From positions 22,783-86,782 of the forward strand of contig JBGAQA010000021.1 in the NCBI GenBank assembly GCA_044220955.1: a stretch of DNA of 64,000 bases. Reading direction: 5' to 3'. This document shows, one piece after another, positions 20,585 through 31,495 of the stretch. The notes under the pieces were generated by a model that was not told the DNA's origin, ran no database searches, and saw nothing but the letters and a program-made list of their open reading frames with translations. The stretch is from Sandaracinaceae bacterium. GTDB taxonomy: Bacteria > Myxococcota_A > Polyangia > Polyangiales > Sandaracinaceae. Both the position numbers and the translations under genes were made by a program. Every line of letters starts with the position of its first letter. The first letter of the stretch is position 1.

Positions 20585-21592
20585 ATGCCGACCCGACGCT
20601 CCCACCGCCTGTTCGCGCTCGTGCTGGTCGCAGCCGCCTGCGGGATCGCGCTGAACGCGTGCAACCGCCGCGGTGCGACGCTCGACCCGCGCCCCGGCGA
20701 CCCGGCAGGCCTGGGACCCACCGTGCAGAGCGCGACCCCGCCCGAGGCGGAGCAGACGGCGCCCACGAAGCGGCCACCGACCGGCACGACCTGTGGCGGA
20801 CGCGACGACTGCCCGAGCGATCAGGTCTGCGTCGACGGCACGTGCCGCTACCGGGAGACGAGCGTCGCCGGCGAGATCCTCGCGTCCAGCGCCGATGCCC
20901 TGGTCGAGGCCGGTGACTGGGCCGGCGCCATCCGCAGCTACGACGACGCCATCCAGGCGTACAACGAGGCCCACGCCCCCGTGCCCGCCGAGCTGCTCTG
21001 CGAGTCGGCCTCGATCCTGCTCAGCACCTCGACCGACGCCGAAGGACGCGAGCGCGGCGCGCGGCGCGCCGATCAGTGCTTCCGAAGCTCTCTGCCTGGC
21101 TATCCCGCGCGAGAGGACGTGCGACGGGCGGTGGCGCGCCTCCGCTTCGAGGGCCTGGACGTCGCGCTCTTCGACCGGAGCGAGCCGGCGGAGCGCTTCT
21201 TCACGGGCGACGTGACACGCCCCACCATCGACGCCCTCGCGATCGACGTCGAGGTCCCCGAGTCGGACGACGCCAGCCTCACGCCGCTCCGCACGGCGCT
21301 CGCCACCGACGCCGCTCACCGCGCGATCGCCGAGTGCTTCGTGCAGGACTGGGAGGTCCGGCACGAGCGCGAGGCGCGCGCCTCGCTGGTCGTGCGGTTC
21401 GCCACGCACCTGCGCGACATGGGGACCTACGACGTCTACGAGCCGGAGCTGACCATCGAGCCGACGACGGTCTCGCAGGACGGGTTCGAGCCCTGCGTCG
21501 CCGGTGCGCTCCAGTCGAGCATCACCTTCCCGCGCGGCGCGCGGACCGTCGCGTGGCAGACCACGGTCGACGTGGCCGCGCGCATCCAGTGA
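20585..21592 (+). CDS. Hypothetical lipoprotein (Cys knot, TPR-like helices, C-terminal domain)
   Basis: Lipobox LNAC; CGGRDDCPSDQVCVDGTC; C-terminal IAECF...FEPCV..AL..ITFP. Confidence 0.65.
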   Translation: MPTRRSHRLFALVLVAAACGIALNACNRRGATLDPRPGDPAGLGPTVQSATPPEAEQTAPTKRPPTGTTCGGRDDCPSDQVCVDGTCRYRETSVAGEILASSADALVEAGDWAGAIRSYDDAIQAYNEAHAPVPAELLCESASILLSTSTDAEGRERGARRADQCFRSSLPGYPAREDVRRAVARLRFEGLDVALFDRSEPAERFFTGDVTRPTIDALAIDVEVPESDDASLTPLRTALATDAAHRAIAECFVQDWEVRHEREARASLVVRFATHLRDMGTYDVYEPELTIEPTTVSQDGFEPCVAGALQSSITFPRGARTVAWQTTVDVAARIQ

Positions 21593-21613
21593 TCGCCGGC
21601 TGAGGACACGCGC

Positions 21614-22404
<791 letters not shown>

Positions 22405-22408
<4 letters not shown>

Positions 22409-23472
22409 CCGACTCGATCCTTCCGCACGCGTGGGCCGTCGTCATGGCGGGTGGCGCCGGCACGCGCTTCTGGCCGCTCTCGCGCAAGGCGCGGCCCAAG
22501 CAGCTCTTGCCGCTCGCGACCGAGCGCTCGTTGGTCGCGGACACCGTCGAGCGAATCGCGGCGCTGATCCCGGGCGAGCGCGTGATCGTCGTGACCGCCG
22601 CGCACCTCGTCGAGGCCACGCGCGCGGAGCTGCCGGGCGTGCCGCCCGAGAACTTCCTGGCCGAGCCCGTCCCGCGCAACACGGCGCCCTGCGTCGGGTG
22701 GGCGGCGGCGACGGTGCGCGCGCGCGATCCGAACGCGATCCTCGCGGTGCTCGCCGCCGATCACTTCGTGGCGGACGTCCCCGAGTACCAGAGGATCGTG
22801 CGCGCGGCGCTGACGATCGCTCGTGACGGATCGCTGGTGACGCTGGGGATGCGCCCGAGCCGCGCCGAGACGGGCTACGGCTACCTCCGCGTCGGCAAGA
22901 AGCTCGACGACGGCAGTCATCGCGTGGACGCGTTCGTGGAGAAGCCCGACCTCAAGACGGCGCGCCGCTTCGTGAAGAGCCCGAAGTACCTCTGGAACTC
23001 CGGCCAGTTCTTCTTCACCGCGAGCGCCGTGCTCGACGAGATCGCGACGCATCTGCCGGCGCTCGCGAGCGGTCTCGCCGAGCTGGCCGACCCGGGCGCG
23101 GATCTGCCCGCGATCTTCGCGCAGCTTCCGTCGATCTCGATCGACCACGGCGTCATGGAGAACGCGGCTGGCGTCCGCGTGATCCCGGCGGACTTCGGCT
23201 GGTCCGACGTGGGCAGCTGGACGACGGCGTGGGAGCTCGGCGAGAAGGACACCGATCGTAACGCGACGAGCGGCGCCGACGCGGTGCTCGAGGACGCGAG
23301 CGGCAACTACGTCCGCGCCCCCGCAGGGAAGATCGTCGCCCTGATCGGGGTGAAGGATCTCGTGGTCGTCGACACGGGCGACGCGCTCCTCGTCGTCCCG
23401 CGCGATCGCGCACAGGACGTCCGGCTCGCCGTGAACGCGCTCGCGCAGCGCCAGCCACCGAAGGGAATCTGA
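22405..23472 (+). CDS. manC: Mannose-1-phosphate guanylyltransferase
   Basis: MAGGAGTRFWPLSR..RPKQ, EPVPRNTAP, ETGYGY, FVEKP, WNSG, GWSDVGSW. Confidence 0.93.
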
Positions 23473-24842
23473 TGCGCATCGACAATCCGCACGTGTTCCG
23501 TGAGTACGACATCCGCGGCGTCGCCGACCGGGACCTCTCCGACGCGCTCGCCCACGCGCTCGGCCGCGCGCTCGGGACGACGTGGGCCCGGGCCGGCGCG
23601 CGGCGCGTGGCCGCCGGTCGCGACTGCCGCCTGAGCGGGGACCGCCTGCACGCGGCGCTCGTGCGCGGCATCGTGGAGTGCGGCCTCGAGGTCCTCGACA
23701 TCGGGATGGGCCCCACCCCGCTGCTCTACTTCACGGTGTTCCACCGCGACCTCGACGGCGGCGTGCACGTCACCGGCTCGCACAACCCGCCGGCGGAGAA
23801 CGGCTTCAAGATGATGGCCGGCAAGGGCACGCTCGCCGGCGACGAGATCGCGGCGCTGCGCCGCATGATCGAGGACGAGGACTTCGATCTCGCGGGCGGG
23901 GGGCGGATCGTTCCCTACGATCCCAGCGGCGCCTACGTCGGCTTCGCGCGGGGCAACGTGCGGCTCGGGCGAAGAGATCTGCGCGTCGCCATCGACGCCG
24001 GGAGCGGCGCGGGCGGGCCGCTGGCGCTCGCGGCGATGCGGGCGATCGGCCTGGACCCGGTGGCGCTCTTGATCGAGCCGGACGGGCGGTTTCCGGTCCA
24101 TCACCCCGACCCCTCGCAGCCCGAGAACCTGGAGCTGCTGGTCCAGACGGTCCGGGAGCACCGGCTCGACCTGGGAATCGCGTACGACGGCGACGCCGAT
24201 CGGATCGGCGTCGTCGACGCGCGCGGCGAGGTGCTCTACGGCGACAAGCTGCTCACGCTCTTCGCGCGCGACGTCCTGGCGCGCCGGCCGGGCGCGGCGA
24301 TCCTGGGCGAGGTGAAGTGCTCGCAGACGCTCTACGACGACATCGCCCAGCACGGAGGACGCCCGATCCTGTGGAAGACGGGCCACTCGCTGATCAAGCG
24401 CAAGATGAAGGAGGAGCACGCGCTGCTCGCCGGAGAGATGAGCGGCCACGTGTTCTTCGCGGACCGCTTCTACGGCTTCGACGACGCCATCTACGCCTCG
24501 CTCCGCCTCTGCGAGATCCTCGCTGCGGGTCAGACGCCGCTGCACGAGCTGCTCGCCGACCTGCCGACGACGTTCAGCACGCCGGAGCTGCGCGTGGACG
24601 CGAGCGACGCGACGAAGTTCGACGTCGTGGCGCTCGTGCGCGAGCACTACCGTCGCACGCACGAGGTGGTCGACGTCGACGGCGCGCGGGTGCGCTTCCC
24701 CGGCGGCTGGGGCCTCGTGCGCGCGTCCAACACGCAGCCGGTCCTCGTGCTGCGCTTCGAGGCGGACACTGCGGAGCGGCTCGCGCAGATCCGTGGCGAC
24801 GTGGAGGCCACCGTCGCCCGGGCGACGAGCGCCCTCCGATGA
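23472..24842 (+). CDS. Phosphomannomutase/phosphoglucomutase
   Basis: FREYDIRG, TGSHNP, DGDADR, GEMSGH, RASNTQP. Confidence 0.95.
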   Translation: MRIDNPHVFREYDIRGVADRDLSDALAHALGRALGTTWARAGARRVAAGRDCRLSGDRLHAALVRGIVECGLEVLDIGMGPTPLLYFTVFHRDLDGGVHVTGSHNPPAENGFKMMAGKGTLAGDEIAALRRMIEDEDFDLAGGGRIVPYDPSGAYVGFARGNVRLGRRDLRVAIDAGSGAGGPLALAAMRAIGLDPVALLIEPDGRFPVHHPDPSQPENLELLVQTVREHRLDLGIAYDGDADRIGVVDARGEVLYGDKLLTLFARDVLARRPGAAILGEVKCSQTLYDDIAQHGGRPILWKTGHSLIKRKMKEEHALLAGEMSGHVFFADRFYGFDDAIYASLRLCEILAAGQTPLHELLADLPTTFSTPELRVDASDATKFDVVALVREHYRRTHEVVDVDGARVRFPGGWGLVRASNTQPVLVLRFEADTAERLAQIRGDVEATVARATSALR

Positions 24843-24855
24843 AGTAAGGAGCGAG

Positions 24856-25521
24856 ATGTCCCTGCGCACCCTCGGGCTCGACGACCGCCTACAAGCCTAC
24901 CTGCTCGATCACACGCTCCGGGAGCACGAGGCCCTGCGCGAGCTACGCGAGGAGACGGCGCGCATGCCGGAGGCGCGCATGCAGATCTCGCCGGAGCAGG
25001 GGCAGTTCATGCAGCTCCTCGTCGAGATCGTCGGAGCGCGGCGGATCCTCGAGGTCGGGACCTTCACCGGCTACAGCTCGACCGCGATGGCGCTGGCGAT
25101 GCCCGCCGACGGGCGGATCGTCTGCTGCGACGTGAGCGAGAAGTTCACCTCGATCGCCCGCCGCGCGTGGACGCGCGCCGGCGTCAGCGCGAAGATCGAC
25201 CTGCGCATCGCGCCGGCCCTGGAGACGATGGACGCCCTCTCGGCGGGCGGGGCCGCCGGCAGCTTCGACATGGCGTTCATCGACGCCGACAAGGAGAGCT
25301 ACGAGGCATACTACGAGCGATCGCTCACGCTGCTCCGCGTGGGAGGCCTCGTGATGGTCGACAACGTCCTCTGGAGCGGCCGCGTGGCCGACCCCGGGGT
25401 CGACGATGCCGACACGCGCGCCATCCGCGCGCTGAACGGGAAGATCCGCACGGACCCCCGCGTAACCCAGGCGATGTTGCCCATCGCCGATGGGCTGACC
25501 CTTGCCCGCAAGCGAGGGTGA
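24856..25521 (+). CDS. SAM-dependent O-methyltransferase (caffeoyl-CoA OMT-like)
   Basis: SD AAGGAG; EVGTFTGYS, FIDADK, DNVLWSG, DGLTL. Confidence 0.9.
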   Translation: MSLRTLGLDDRLQAYLLDHTLREHEALRELREETARMPEARMQISPEQGQFMQLLVEIVGARRILEVGTFTGYSSTAMALAMPADGRIVCCDVSEKFTSIARRAWTRAGVSAKIDLRIAPALETMDALSAGGAAGSFDMAFIDADKESYEAYYERSLTLLRVGGLVMVDNVLWSGRVADPGVDDADTRAIRALNGKIRTDPRVTQAMLPIADGLTLARKRG

Positions 25522-25557
25522 GGTCACCATCGCGCAGGAATCGAGGGGTTCTCGGAC

Positions 25558-26160
25558 ATGACGAACAAGACGATTGGCTTCGGGGTCGCGCTCGCCGTCT
25601 TCGCGGCGATGCTGTCTTTCGCGCCGGCCGTGTCGGCGCAGGTGATCATCCAGGGTGAGGTGACGGTCTCGCCGTCCCAGCCACAGCCCTACGCGCAGCC
25701 CCAGCCCTACGGCTACACCCAGCCGCAGTCCGCGTACGTCCAGACCGGGGCTTCACCGCAGCCCACCCGCTACATCCACCACTCCGACCCCATCACGGGT
25801 CTGGTGGTGGGCGGCGTCATCAGCCTCGTCGGCGGATGGGTGTTCACGCTCGTCAGCGAGGGTGTCCTCGCCGGCGGCTACACGAGCGGCTGCAGCGGCT
25901 ACGGGTGCCCGGACGGGATCTGGTACGGCCTGACCTGGATCCCCGTGATCGGCCCCTGGCTCGGGCTGGGCGTCGGCTACGGCGGCGACTACGAGTGGGT
26001 GAACTACGTCGGCGGCATCTTGCAGGACGTGGGCCTCCTCCTCATGATCCTCGGCCTCGTGATCACCGACGAGTGGGACGAGCCGATCCTGGCCTTCGGA
26101 GACGCGCCCGACGCGCCGGCGCTCTACCTCACCGGGAACGGCGCGCAGCTGACGTTCTGA
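25558..26160 (+). CDS. Hypothetical membrane protein with QPY-rich linker
   Basis: Signal peptide, QPQPY repeats, three hydrophobic segments including IPVIGPW. Confidence 0.7.
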   Translation: MTNKTIGFGVALAVFAAMLSFAPAVSAQVIIQGEVTVSPSQPQPYAQPQPYGYTQPQSAYVQTGASPQPTRYIHHSDPITGLVVGGVISLVGGWVFTLVSEGVLAGGYTSGCSGYGCPDGIWYGLTWIPVIGPWLGLGVGYGGDYEWVNYVGGILQDVGLLLMILGLVITDEWDEPILAFGDAPDAPALYLTGNGAQLTF

Positions 26161-26174
26161 GGCGGGGGGGCGGC

Positions 26175-26229
26175 TCGAACGGACGGGCAGTCGAACGGAC
26201 GGGCGCAGCGGGTGAATACCCCTGCGCCC
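26175..26229. repeat. 14-nt direct repeat overlapping a hairpin
   Basis: tcgaacggacgggc at 26175 and 26191; hairpin gggcgcag-c-gggt-gaat-accc-ctgcgccc at 26201-26229. Confidence 0.6.
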
Positions 26230-26259
26230 GCTCCTCGTTTCGGCCCATGATCGGCGCCG

Positions 26260-28074
26260 ATGGCGAAGCCGAAGCCCCGACCTCCGCCCTTCCTCGCGTC
26301 GGTCCGACACTCGCTGCAGACGTTCCGCCTGGTCTGGGAGACCAGCCGCCCGCTGACCGCCGCCATCGTCGGGCTCTCCGTGGTCACGGGCCTCTTGCCG
26401 GCGGCGATCGCCTGGGCCGGCCGGCTGATCGTCGACGTCGTCGAGAAGGCGAGCGTGGCCGCCGCGGCGCGCGAGGGCGTGCTGCGCTGGGTCATCCTGG
26501 AGCTCGGCCTGGTGCTGGGGCTCCACCTGGCGCAGCGCGCGTACCGCACGTGCTCAGGCCTGCTCGGCCAGCTCGTCGCCGAGCGAGTGAACGAGCGCAT
26601 CCTCGAGAAGGCGCTGACGCTCGATCTCGCCGACTACGAGAACCCCACCGTGTACGACGAGCTCACGCGGGCCCGGCGCGAGGCGTCGTACCGGCCGCTC
26701 GGCCACGTCGAGCACCTCATCGGGCTCGCCGAGAACGCCCTCGCGATGCTCGGGCTGGGCGCGGTGCTCGCCGTCCTGTCGTGGTGGGCCGTGCTCGGCC
26801 TGGTGCTCGCGGCCGTGCCGGCCTTCGTCGCCGAGCTGCGCTTCGATCAGGACGCCTTCAAGCTCTTCAGCTGGAAGAGCGAGGAGTCGCGACGGCAGAA
26901 CTACTACGAGCTCGTCATCACGAGCGCGCAGCACGCGAAGGAGACGAAGCTCTTCGGCCTCGGGTCGTTCTTCCTCGAGAAGTACCGGGCGATCTTCTGG
27001 CGCCTCTGGAAGGAGGACCGGGACCTCGCCCTGCGCCGCGCGATCTGGGGGCTCGCGCTCGGGGAGATCGGGACGCTGGCGTTCTATGCGATGTACGGGC
27101 TCGTCGCGCTCCGCGCCGCCCGCCACGAGATCTCGCTCGGCGAGATGACGATGGCGCTCGCGGCGTTTCGCCAGGGCGAGCGCGCGCTCGGTCAGCTGCT
27201 CCGGCACGTCTCCGAGGTCATGGACGACCGCCTCTACCTCTCGACGCTGCTGGCGTTCCTGCACCGCGTGCCGCTCCACACGAACGGGCACGCGGGCGCC
27301 ACCGCCGGGCCCGTGCCTGGCGACGGTGTGCGCTTCGAGGGCGTCGCGTTCGGGTATCCGGGCGCGGACGAGCCCGTCCTGCAGGGGATCGATCTGCACC
27401 TGCCGCCGCGCCACAAGCTCGCGCTCGTCGGCGAGAACGGGGCCGGCAAGACGACCCTCATCAAGCTGATGACACGCCTCTACCGCCCCACGCGCGGGAG
27501 AGTGCTCCTCGACGGGCTCGACCTCGCCGAGTGGGACGAGGATGCGCTGCGCCGGCGCATCGGGGTCATCTTCCAGGACTTCGTCCAGTACCAGCTGACC
27601 GTCGGCGACAACGTCGGCGTAGGCGACGCCAGCGCGATCTCGGACGAGGAGCGTCTCAAGGACGCGGTCGACAAGGGCGGCGCGGGCGAGGTGATCGACG
27701 CTCTTCCCAAGGGATTCGCCACGCAGCTGGGCAAGTGGTTCGACGACGGACGCGAGCTCTCGCTCGGACAGTGGCAGAAGATCGCGCTGGCCCGGGCGTT
27801 CATGCGCACGAGCGCCGACATCCTCGTCCTCGACGAGCCGACCGCGTCGATGGACGCCGAGGCGGAGGCGAAGGTGTTCGCGCGCTTCCGACAGCTCACG
27901 GCGGACAGGACGGCCGTGCTCATCTCGCACCGGTTCTCCACCGTCCGCATGGCCGACCGCATCGCGGTGCTCCACGGCGGCAAGATCGTCGAGCTCGGCA
28001 CCCACGAGGAGCTGCTGGCCGCGAACGGCCGCTACGCGCGGCTGTTCACGCTGCAGGCCCAGGGCTATCGCTGA
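26260..28074 (+). CDS. ABC exporter, fused permease and ATPase
   Basis: N-terminal TM helices; GENGAGKT, LSLGQWQ, LVLDEPT, ISHR. Confidence 0.92.
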   Translation: MAKPKPRPPPFLASVRHSLQTFRLVWETSRPLTAAIVGLSVVTGLLPAAIAWAGRLIVDVVEKASVAAAAREGVLRWVILELGLVLGLHLAQRAYRTCSGLLGQLVAERVNERILEKALTLDLADYENPTVYDELTRARREASYRPLGHVEHLIGLAENALAMLGLGAVLAVLSWWAVLGLVLAAVPAFVAELRFDQDAFKLFSWKSEESRRQNYYELVITSAQHAKETKLFGLGSFFLEKYRAIFWRLWKEDRDLALRRAIWGLALGEIGTLAFYAMYGLVALRAARHEISLGEMTMALAAFRQGERALGQLLRHVSEVMDDRLYLSTLLAFLHRVPLHTNGHAGATAGPVPGDGVRFEGVAFGYPGADEPVLQGIDLHLPPRHKLALVGENGAGKTTLIKLMTRLYRPTRGRVLLDGLDLAEWDEDALRRRIGVIFQDFVQYQLTVGDNVGVGDASAISDEERLKDAVDKGGAGEVIDALPKGFATQLGKWFDDGRELSLGQWQKIALARAFMRTSADILVLDEPTASMDAEAEAKVFARFRQLTADRTAVLISHRFSTVRMADRIAVLHGGKIVELGTHEELLAANGRYARLFTLQAQGYR

Positions 28075-28088
28075 GGGCGGCGCTCGGC

Positions 28089-28805
28089 CTACTTCCGGAC
28101 CGGGACCCCCTTGGGGTCGAGCGACCAGCCCGGCGGCAGCGCCTTGGCGATCTTGTCCGGCGACGAGACGGGCCAACCGCGCTGCGCGAACGCCTCGAGC
28201 ATGCGCGCCTTGACGCGCACGCTGTCCTCGCGGCTGAGCGCGTCCTCGAGCGCCGCGCGGTGCACCGCGGCGTCCTCTTGGTGCACGATGGCCGCCACGG
28301 CGTGGAAGCGCGCGGTCTCGTTCACGTCGCCGAGGAAGCGCTCGACGGCGGGGCCGATCCGCGGGTCCCGACGCTCCCCCAGCGTCTGGAGCACCTGCAG
28401 CTTGCGCTGCGGGTCGCGCTCGTACTCGACGTCCATCGACGCCAGCAGGCCGAGGAGCACCTCGACCATCTCGTCGTCACCCGCGAGGCGCTCGAGGATC
28501 TTGAGCGGCCAGCTCAGCGACTCCGCTTTGCGGGCGTAGTCCCGCGTCGGTGGGATCGCCGCCGGCCCCACGGCGCAGATGAGGCGGAAGGTCTCGTCCT
28601 TCTCGTCGTTGTCGGTGATGCTCGGATCGACGTAGAACTTGAAGCGCGGCAGGAGCGCCTTGACCGCATCAGCGCTCTTCAGGGCACCGAGCGCCTGGAT
28701 CGACTCCCAGCGATCGGGCGCCTGGGCACGCTTGTCGGCCGCGCGCGCGGCGTGCTTCTGGATGGTCGCCTCGGGCGAGCTCTTGAAGAAGTCGAACAGA
28801 CCCAT
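28089..28805 (-). CDS. HEAT-repeat protein
   Basis: Helical repeats such as RWESIQALG...AVKALL.RF and FLGDVNETARFHAV. Confidence 0.72.
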   Translation of the reverse strand: MGLFDFFKSSPEATIQKHAARAADKRAQAPDRWESIQALGALKSADAVKALLPRFKFYVDPSITDNDEKDETFRLICAVGPAAIPPTRDYARKAESLSWPLKILERLAGDDEMVEVLLGLLASMDVEYERDPQRKLQVLQTLGERRDPRIGPAVERFLGDVNETARFHAVAAIVHQEDAAVHRAALEDALSREDSVRVKARMLEAFAQRGWPVSSPDKIAKALPPGWSLDPKGVPVRK

Positions 28806-28860
28806 CGCGCTCGGCTTCTAGCGCAAGAAGCGTCGAACAACGAGGCCCGATCTCTCGCCG

Positions 28861-30342
28861 CTACTTGATCGGGACCGGCTTCAGGTTGACCTGTGTGCCG
28901 GCGACCTCGACCTGGAATCGCACCATCCTCGCGCCGTGCTTGGCCATCAGGGCCTTCTCGTTGGCCTTCAGGCGCTGGGCGAACTTGTCCTGCGGGATGT
29001 TCGAGACGTTCTCGCCGGCCGCCTGCTTCGCCGCGACGTACTCGTTGTAGACGCGCGCGTAGTAGGCGTCCTCGGGCTCGGCCGCGAGCCGCGCCGCGAG
29101 CGCCGGATCGACGTCGCCGCCCCCGGCACCGCCGGCACCCTCGCCCCCGCTCGCGGGAGAATCACCCGCCACGCTCTCGAGCTCGGAGCCGCCGAACGAG
29201 CGCCCCGCCGCAGGGGGGCGCGACGTGCGGCCGCTCTCGTCCACCTCGGGCGTGCCGGTGAAGACGTTGAGCAGCTGGTTGATGCGGTACGCGAGCCCGC
29301 CGAAGTCCGAGCTCTCGATCTGGATGCGGAGATCCGTACGGCCGTTGATGATGGCCAGCATGCTCTCCTCCATCTGCTCGATGGGCTTGAGCAGGCTCGT
29401 CCCGAGGATGAACCCGTAGATGATCGCGATGAGCAGGCCGACGAGCATGAAGCCGAGGATGACGTTGGCAGCGCTGGCCTTGCCCTGTTGCGCGCTGCGA
29501 TCGGCCAGGACGACCGTGGCGACGTGACCCGAGGGGAGCCCCAGCGGGCCGACGACGCCCACGTACTCCGTCGATCCGAGCGTGGCGAGCCACACGTCGC
29601 TCGGCGTCTCCGCGTCGCGCGCGGCCGTGGTGGCGGCGGCGCCGGGGCCGAACAGATATGCGCGCAGCGCCTCCGCCTGCGTCGAGTCGTCGAGCGACGA
29701 CGAGTACACCGCGTCGTTCGAGACGAACGCGACGTCGCGGCCAAGCACCTCGGCCTCGGCGCTGGCGAAGCCGTTCGAGAGGTCATAGCCGACCAGGAGC
29801 GTTCCGACGATCCGCTCCGCGCTCCGGATCGGCGTGACCGCGATCAAGAGGACCTTGTTCTCGTCCTGCTTGACCCAGACGTCTGCGCCGGCCTCGCCTC
29901 GGAGGGCCGCCTGCACCGCAGGCAGCTCGTGGGCGAGATCCTGGGCGTACATCCGGTTGCGGTCGGCGTTGCGCGCGACGACGTGCCCCTGGTCGTCCGT
30001 GATGGCGACGAGCTCGGGCGGTCCGCCGTGGCCGCGCGCCGGGTCGCCGAACCAGCGCGCGACGCGCTCGGCTTGCTCGAAGCCCCGGTCCCGCCGCCGC
30101 GGCTCGTCGAGCGCGTTGAACACCTCGCTCACCGGCGCCTGCCCGGCTTGCTCCCCGAGCTCGCCCACGAGATCGCGCGCCGTGAGGCGGATCGAGCGCG
30201 AGAGCAAGATCTGATCGTTCGCGATGCGCGAGTCGACCTCGGCCACGAACGCGGCCTCGACGCTCGACTTCACCATGAAATAGGAGCCGAGCCCGACGAG
30301 CAGGACTGCGATGGCGCCGCCGGCGATGATCTTCGTACGCAT
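28861..30342 (-). CDS. MXAN_5187-family membrane protein (Cache-like periplasmic domain, HAMP, C-terminal domain)
   Basis: TM-periplasmic domain-TM; HAMP (KPIEQM...DFGGLAYRINQL); C-terminus YNEYVAAK..AGE....KF..RL...VRFQV. Confidence 0.72.
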   Translation of the reverse strand: MRTKIIAGGAIAVLLVGLGSYFMVKSSVEAAFVAEVDSRIANDQILLSRSIRLTARDLVGELGEQAGQAPVSEVFNALDEPRRRDRGFEQAERVARWFGDPARGHGGPPELVAITDDQGHVVARNADRNRMYAQDLAHELPAVQAALRGEAGADVWVKQDENKVLLIAVTPIRSAERIVGTLLVGYDLSNGFASAEAEVLGRDVAFVSNDAVYSSSLDDSTQAEALRAYLFGPGAAATTAARDAETPSDVWLATLGSTEYVGVVGPLGLPSGHVATVVLADRSAQQGKASAANVILGFMLVGLLIAIIYGFILGTSLLKPIEQMEESMLAIINGRTDLRIQIESSDFGGLAYRINQLLNVFTGTPEVDESGRTSRPPAAGRSFGGSELESVAGDSPASGGEGAGGAGGGDVDPALAARLAAEPEDAYYARVYNEYVAAKQAAGENVSNIPQDKFAQRLKANEKALMAKHGARMVRFQVEVAGTQVNLKPVPIK

Positions 30343-30438
30343 GGATCTCTACCCCGCGTCTGGCTGGATATCATCGTGAAGAGAACGGGGTCAACCGCGG
30401 GCTTGCCCGCCGGGGCGCGCGCGGTACACGTTCTAGCG

Positions 30439-31494
30439 ATGGCGGACCCGCGCATCGCCGTCGTCGATGACCCGAGCTTCGAGCGGCATCGATCGGCCCG
30501 CCGGCATCCGGAGTGCCCCGAGCGGCTCGACGCGGCGCGCGCGGGCCTTCGCAGCGTGCTCGCGGAGGAGCGCGTGGTGCGCCTCGCCGCGCGCGAGATC
30601 GACGCCGCCGAGCTCACGGGAGTGCACCGCGCCGGCCACCTCGACGCGCTCGATCTCGCGATCGGGCAAGATCGCTTCGTCGACCTCGACGCCGACACCT
30701 TCGCTGGACCCGGGACCCGCGAGGCGATGCGGCGGGCCGCCGGTGGGGCCGCCGAGCTCGGGGCCGCGATCGCGAGCGCCGACGGCCCTCGCCGCGGCTT
30801 CGCGCTGCTGCGCCCGCCCGGACACCACGCCGAGCACGACCGGGCCATGGGCTTCTGCCTGGTGAACAACGTGGCGGTCGCGGCCAGGGCTGCTCAGCGG
30901 GCGGGCGCGAGGCGGGTGGCGATCGTCGACTGGGACGTGCACCACGGCAACGGCACGCAGGACATCTTCGAGCACGACCGCGACGTGCTCTTCGTCAGCT
31001 TGCACCAGTGGCCCCTCTATCCGGGCACGGGCGCTCCCGGCGAGGTCGGCCAGGGTGAGGGGCTCGGGGGCACCGCGAACCTCGCGCTGCCGCCCGGGTC
31101 GGGCCCGGCGGAGTACGCGCACGCGATGCGCCGGGTCGTGTTGCCGCTCGTGGTCGCGTTCGCGCCCGACGTCGTCCTCGTCAGCGCCGGCTACGACGCC
31201 CACGCACGCGACCCGCTGGCGTCGATGCGCCTCGACGACGCGAGCTACCAGGCGATGGCGTCGTCGATCGTGGGGGCCGCCCGACGGCTGGGTCACGGGC
31301 GCGTCGGGTTCGTCCTAGAGGGCGGCTACGATCTCGCCGCCCTCGAGAGCAGCGTCGCTGCCACCGCTCGGGCGGCGCTCGGCGAGCACCTCGACCTCTC
31401 GGACGAGCGGCCCACCGGCGCGGCGATCACGGCCGTCGAGCACACGGCGCGCGCGCTCGCGCCGCACTGGCCCGGCCTCTTCGACACGCGCTGA
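30439..31494 (+). CDS. Histone deacetylase-family (Zn-dependent) deacetylase
   Basis: HPECPER, RPPGHHA, GFCLVNN, DWDVHHGNGTQ, SAGYDAH, EGGY. Confidence 0.95.
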   Translation: MADPRIAVVDDPSFERHRSARRHPECPERLDAARAGLRSVLAEERVVRLAAREIDAAELTGVHRAGHLDALDLAIGQDRFVDLDADTFAGPGTREAMRRAAGGAAELGAAIASADGPRRGFALLRPPGHHAEHDRAMGFCLVNNVAVAARAAQRAGARRVAIVDWDVHHGNGTQDIFEHDRDVLFVSLHQWPLYPGTGAPGEVGQGEGLGGTANLALPPGSGPAEYAHAMRRVVLPLVVAFAPDVVLVSAGYDAHARDPLASMRLDDASYQAMASSIVGAARRLGHGRVGFVLEGGYDLAALESSVAATARAALGEHLDLSDERPTGAAITAVEHTARALAPHWPGLFDTR

Positions 31495-31495
31495 G

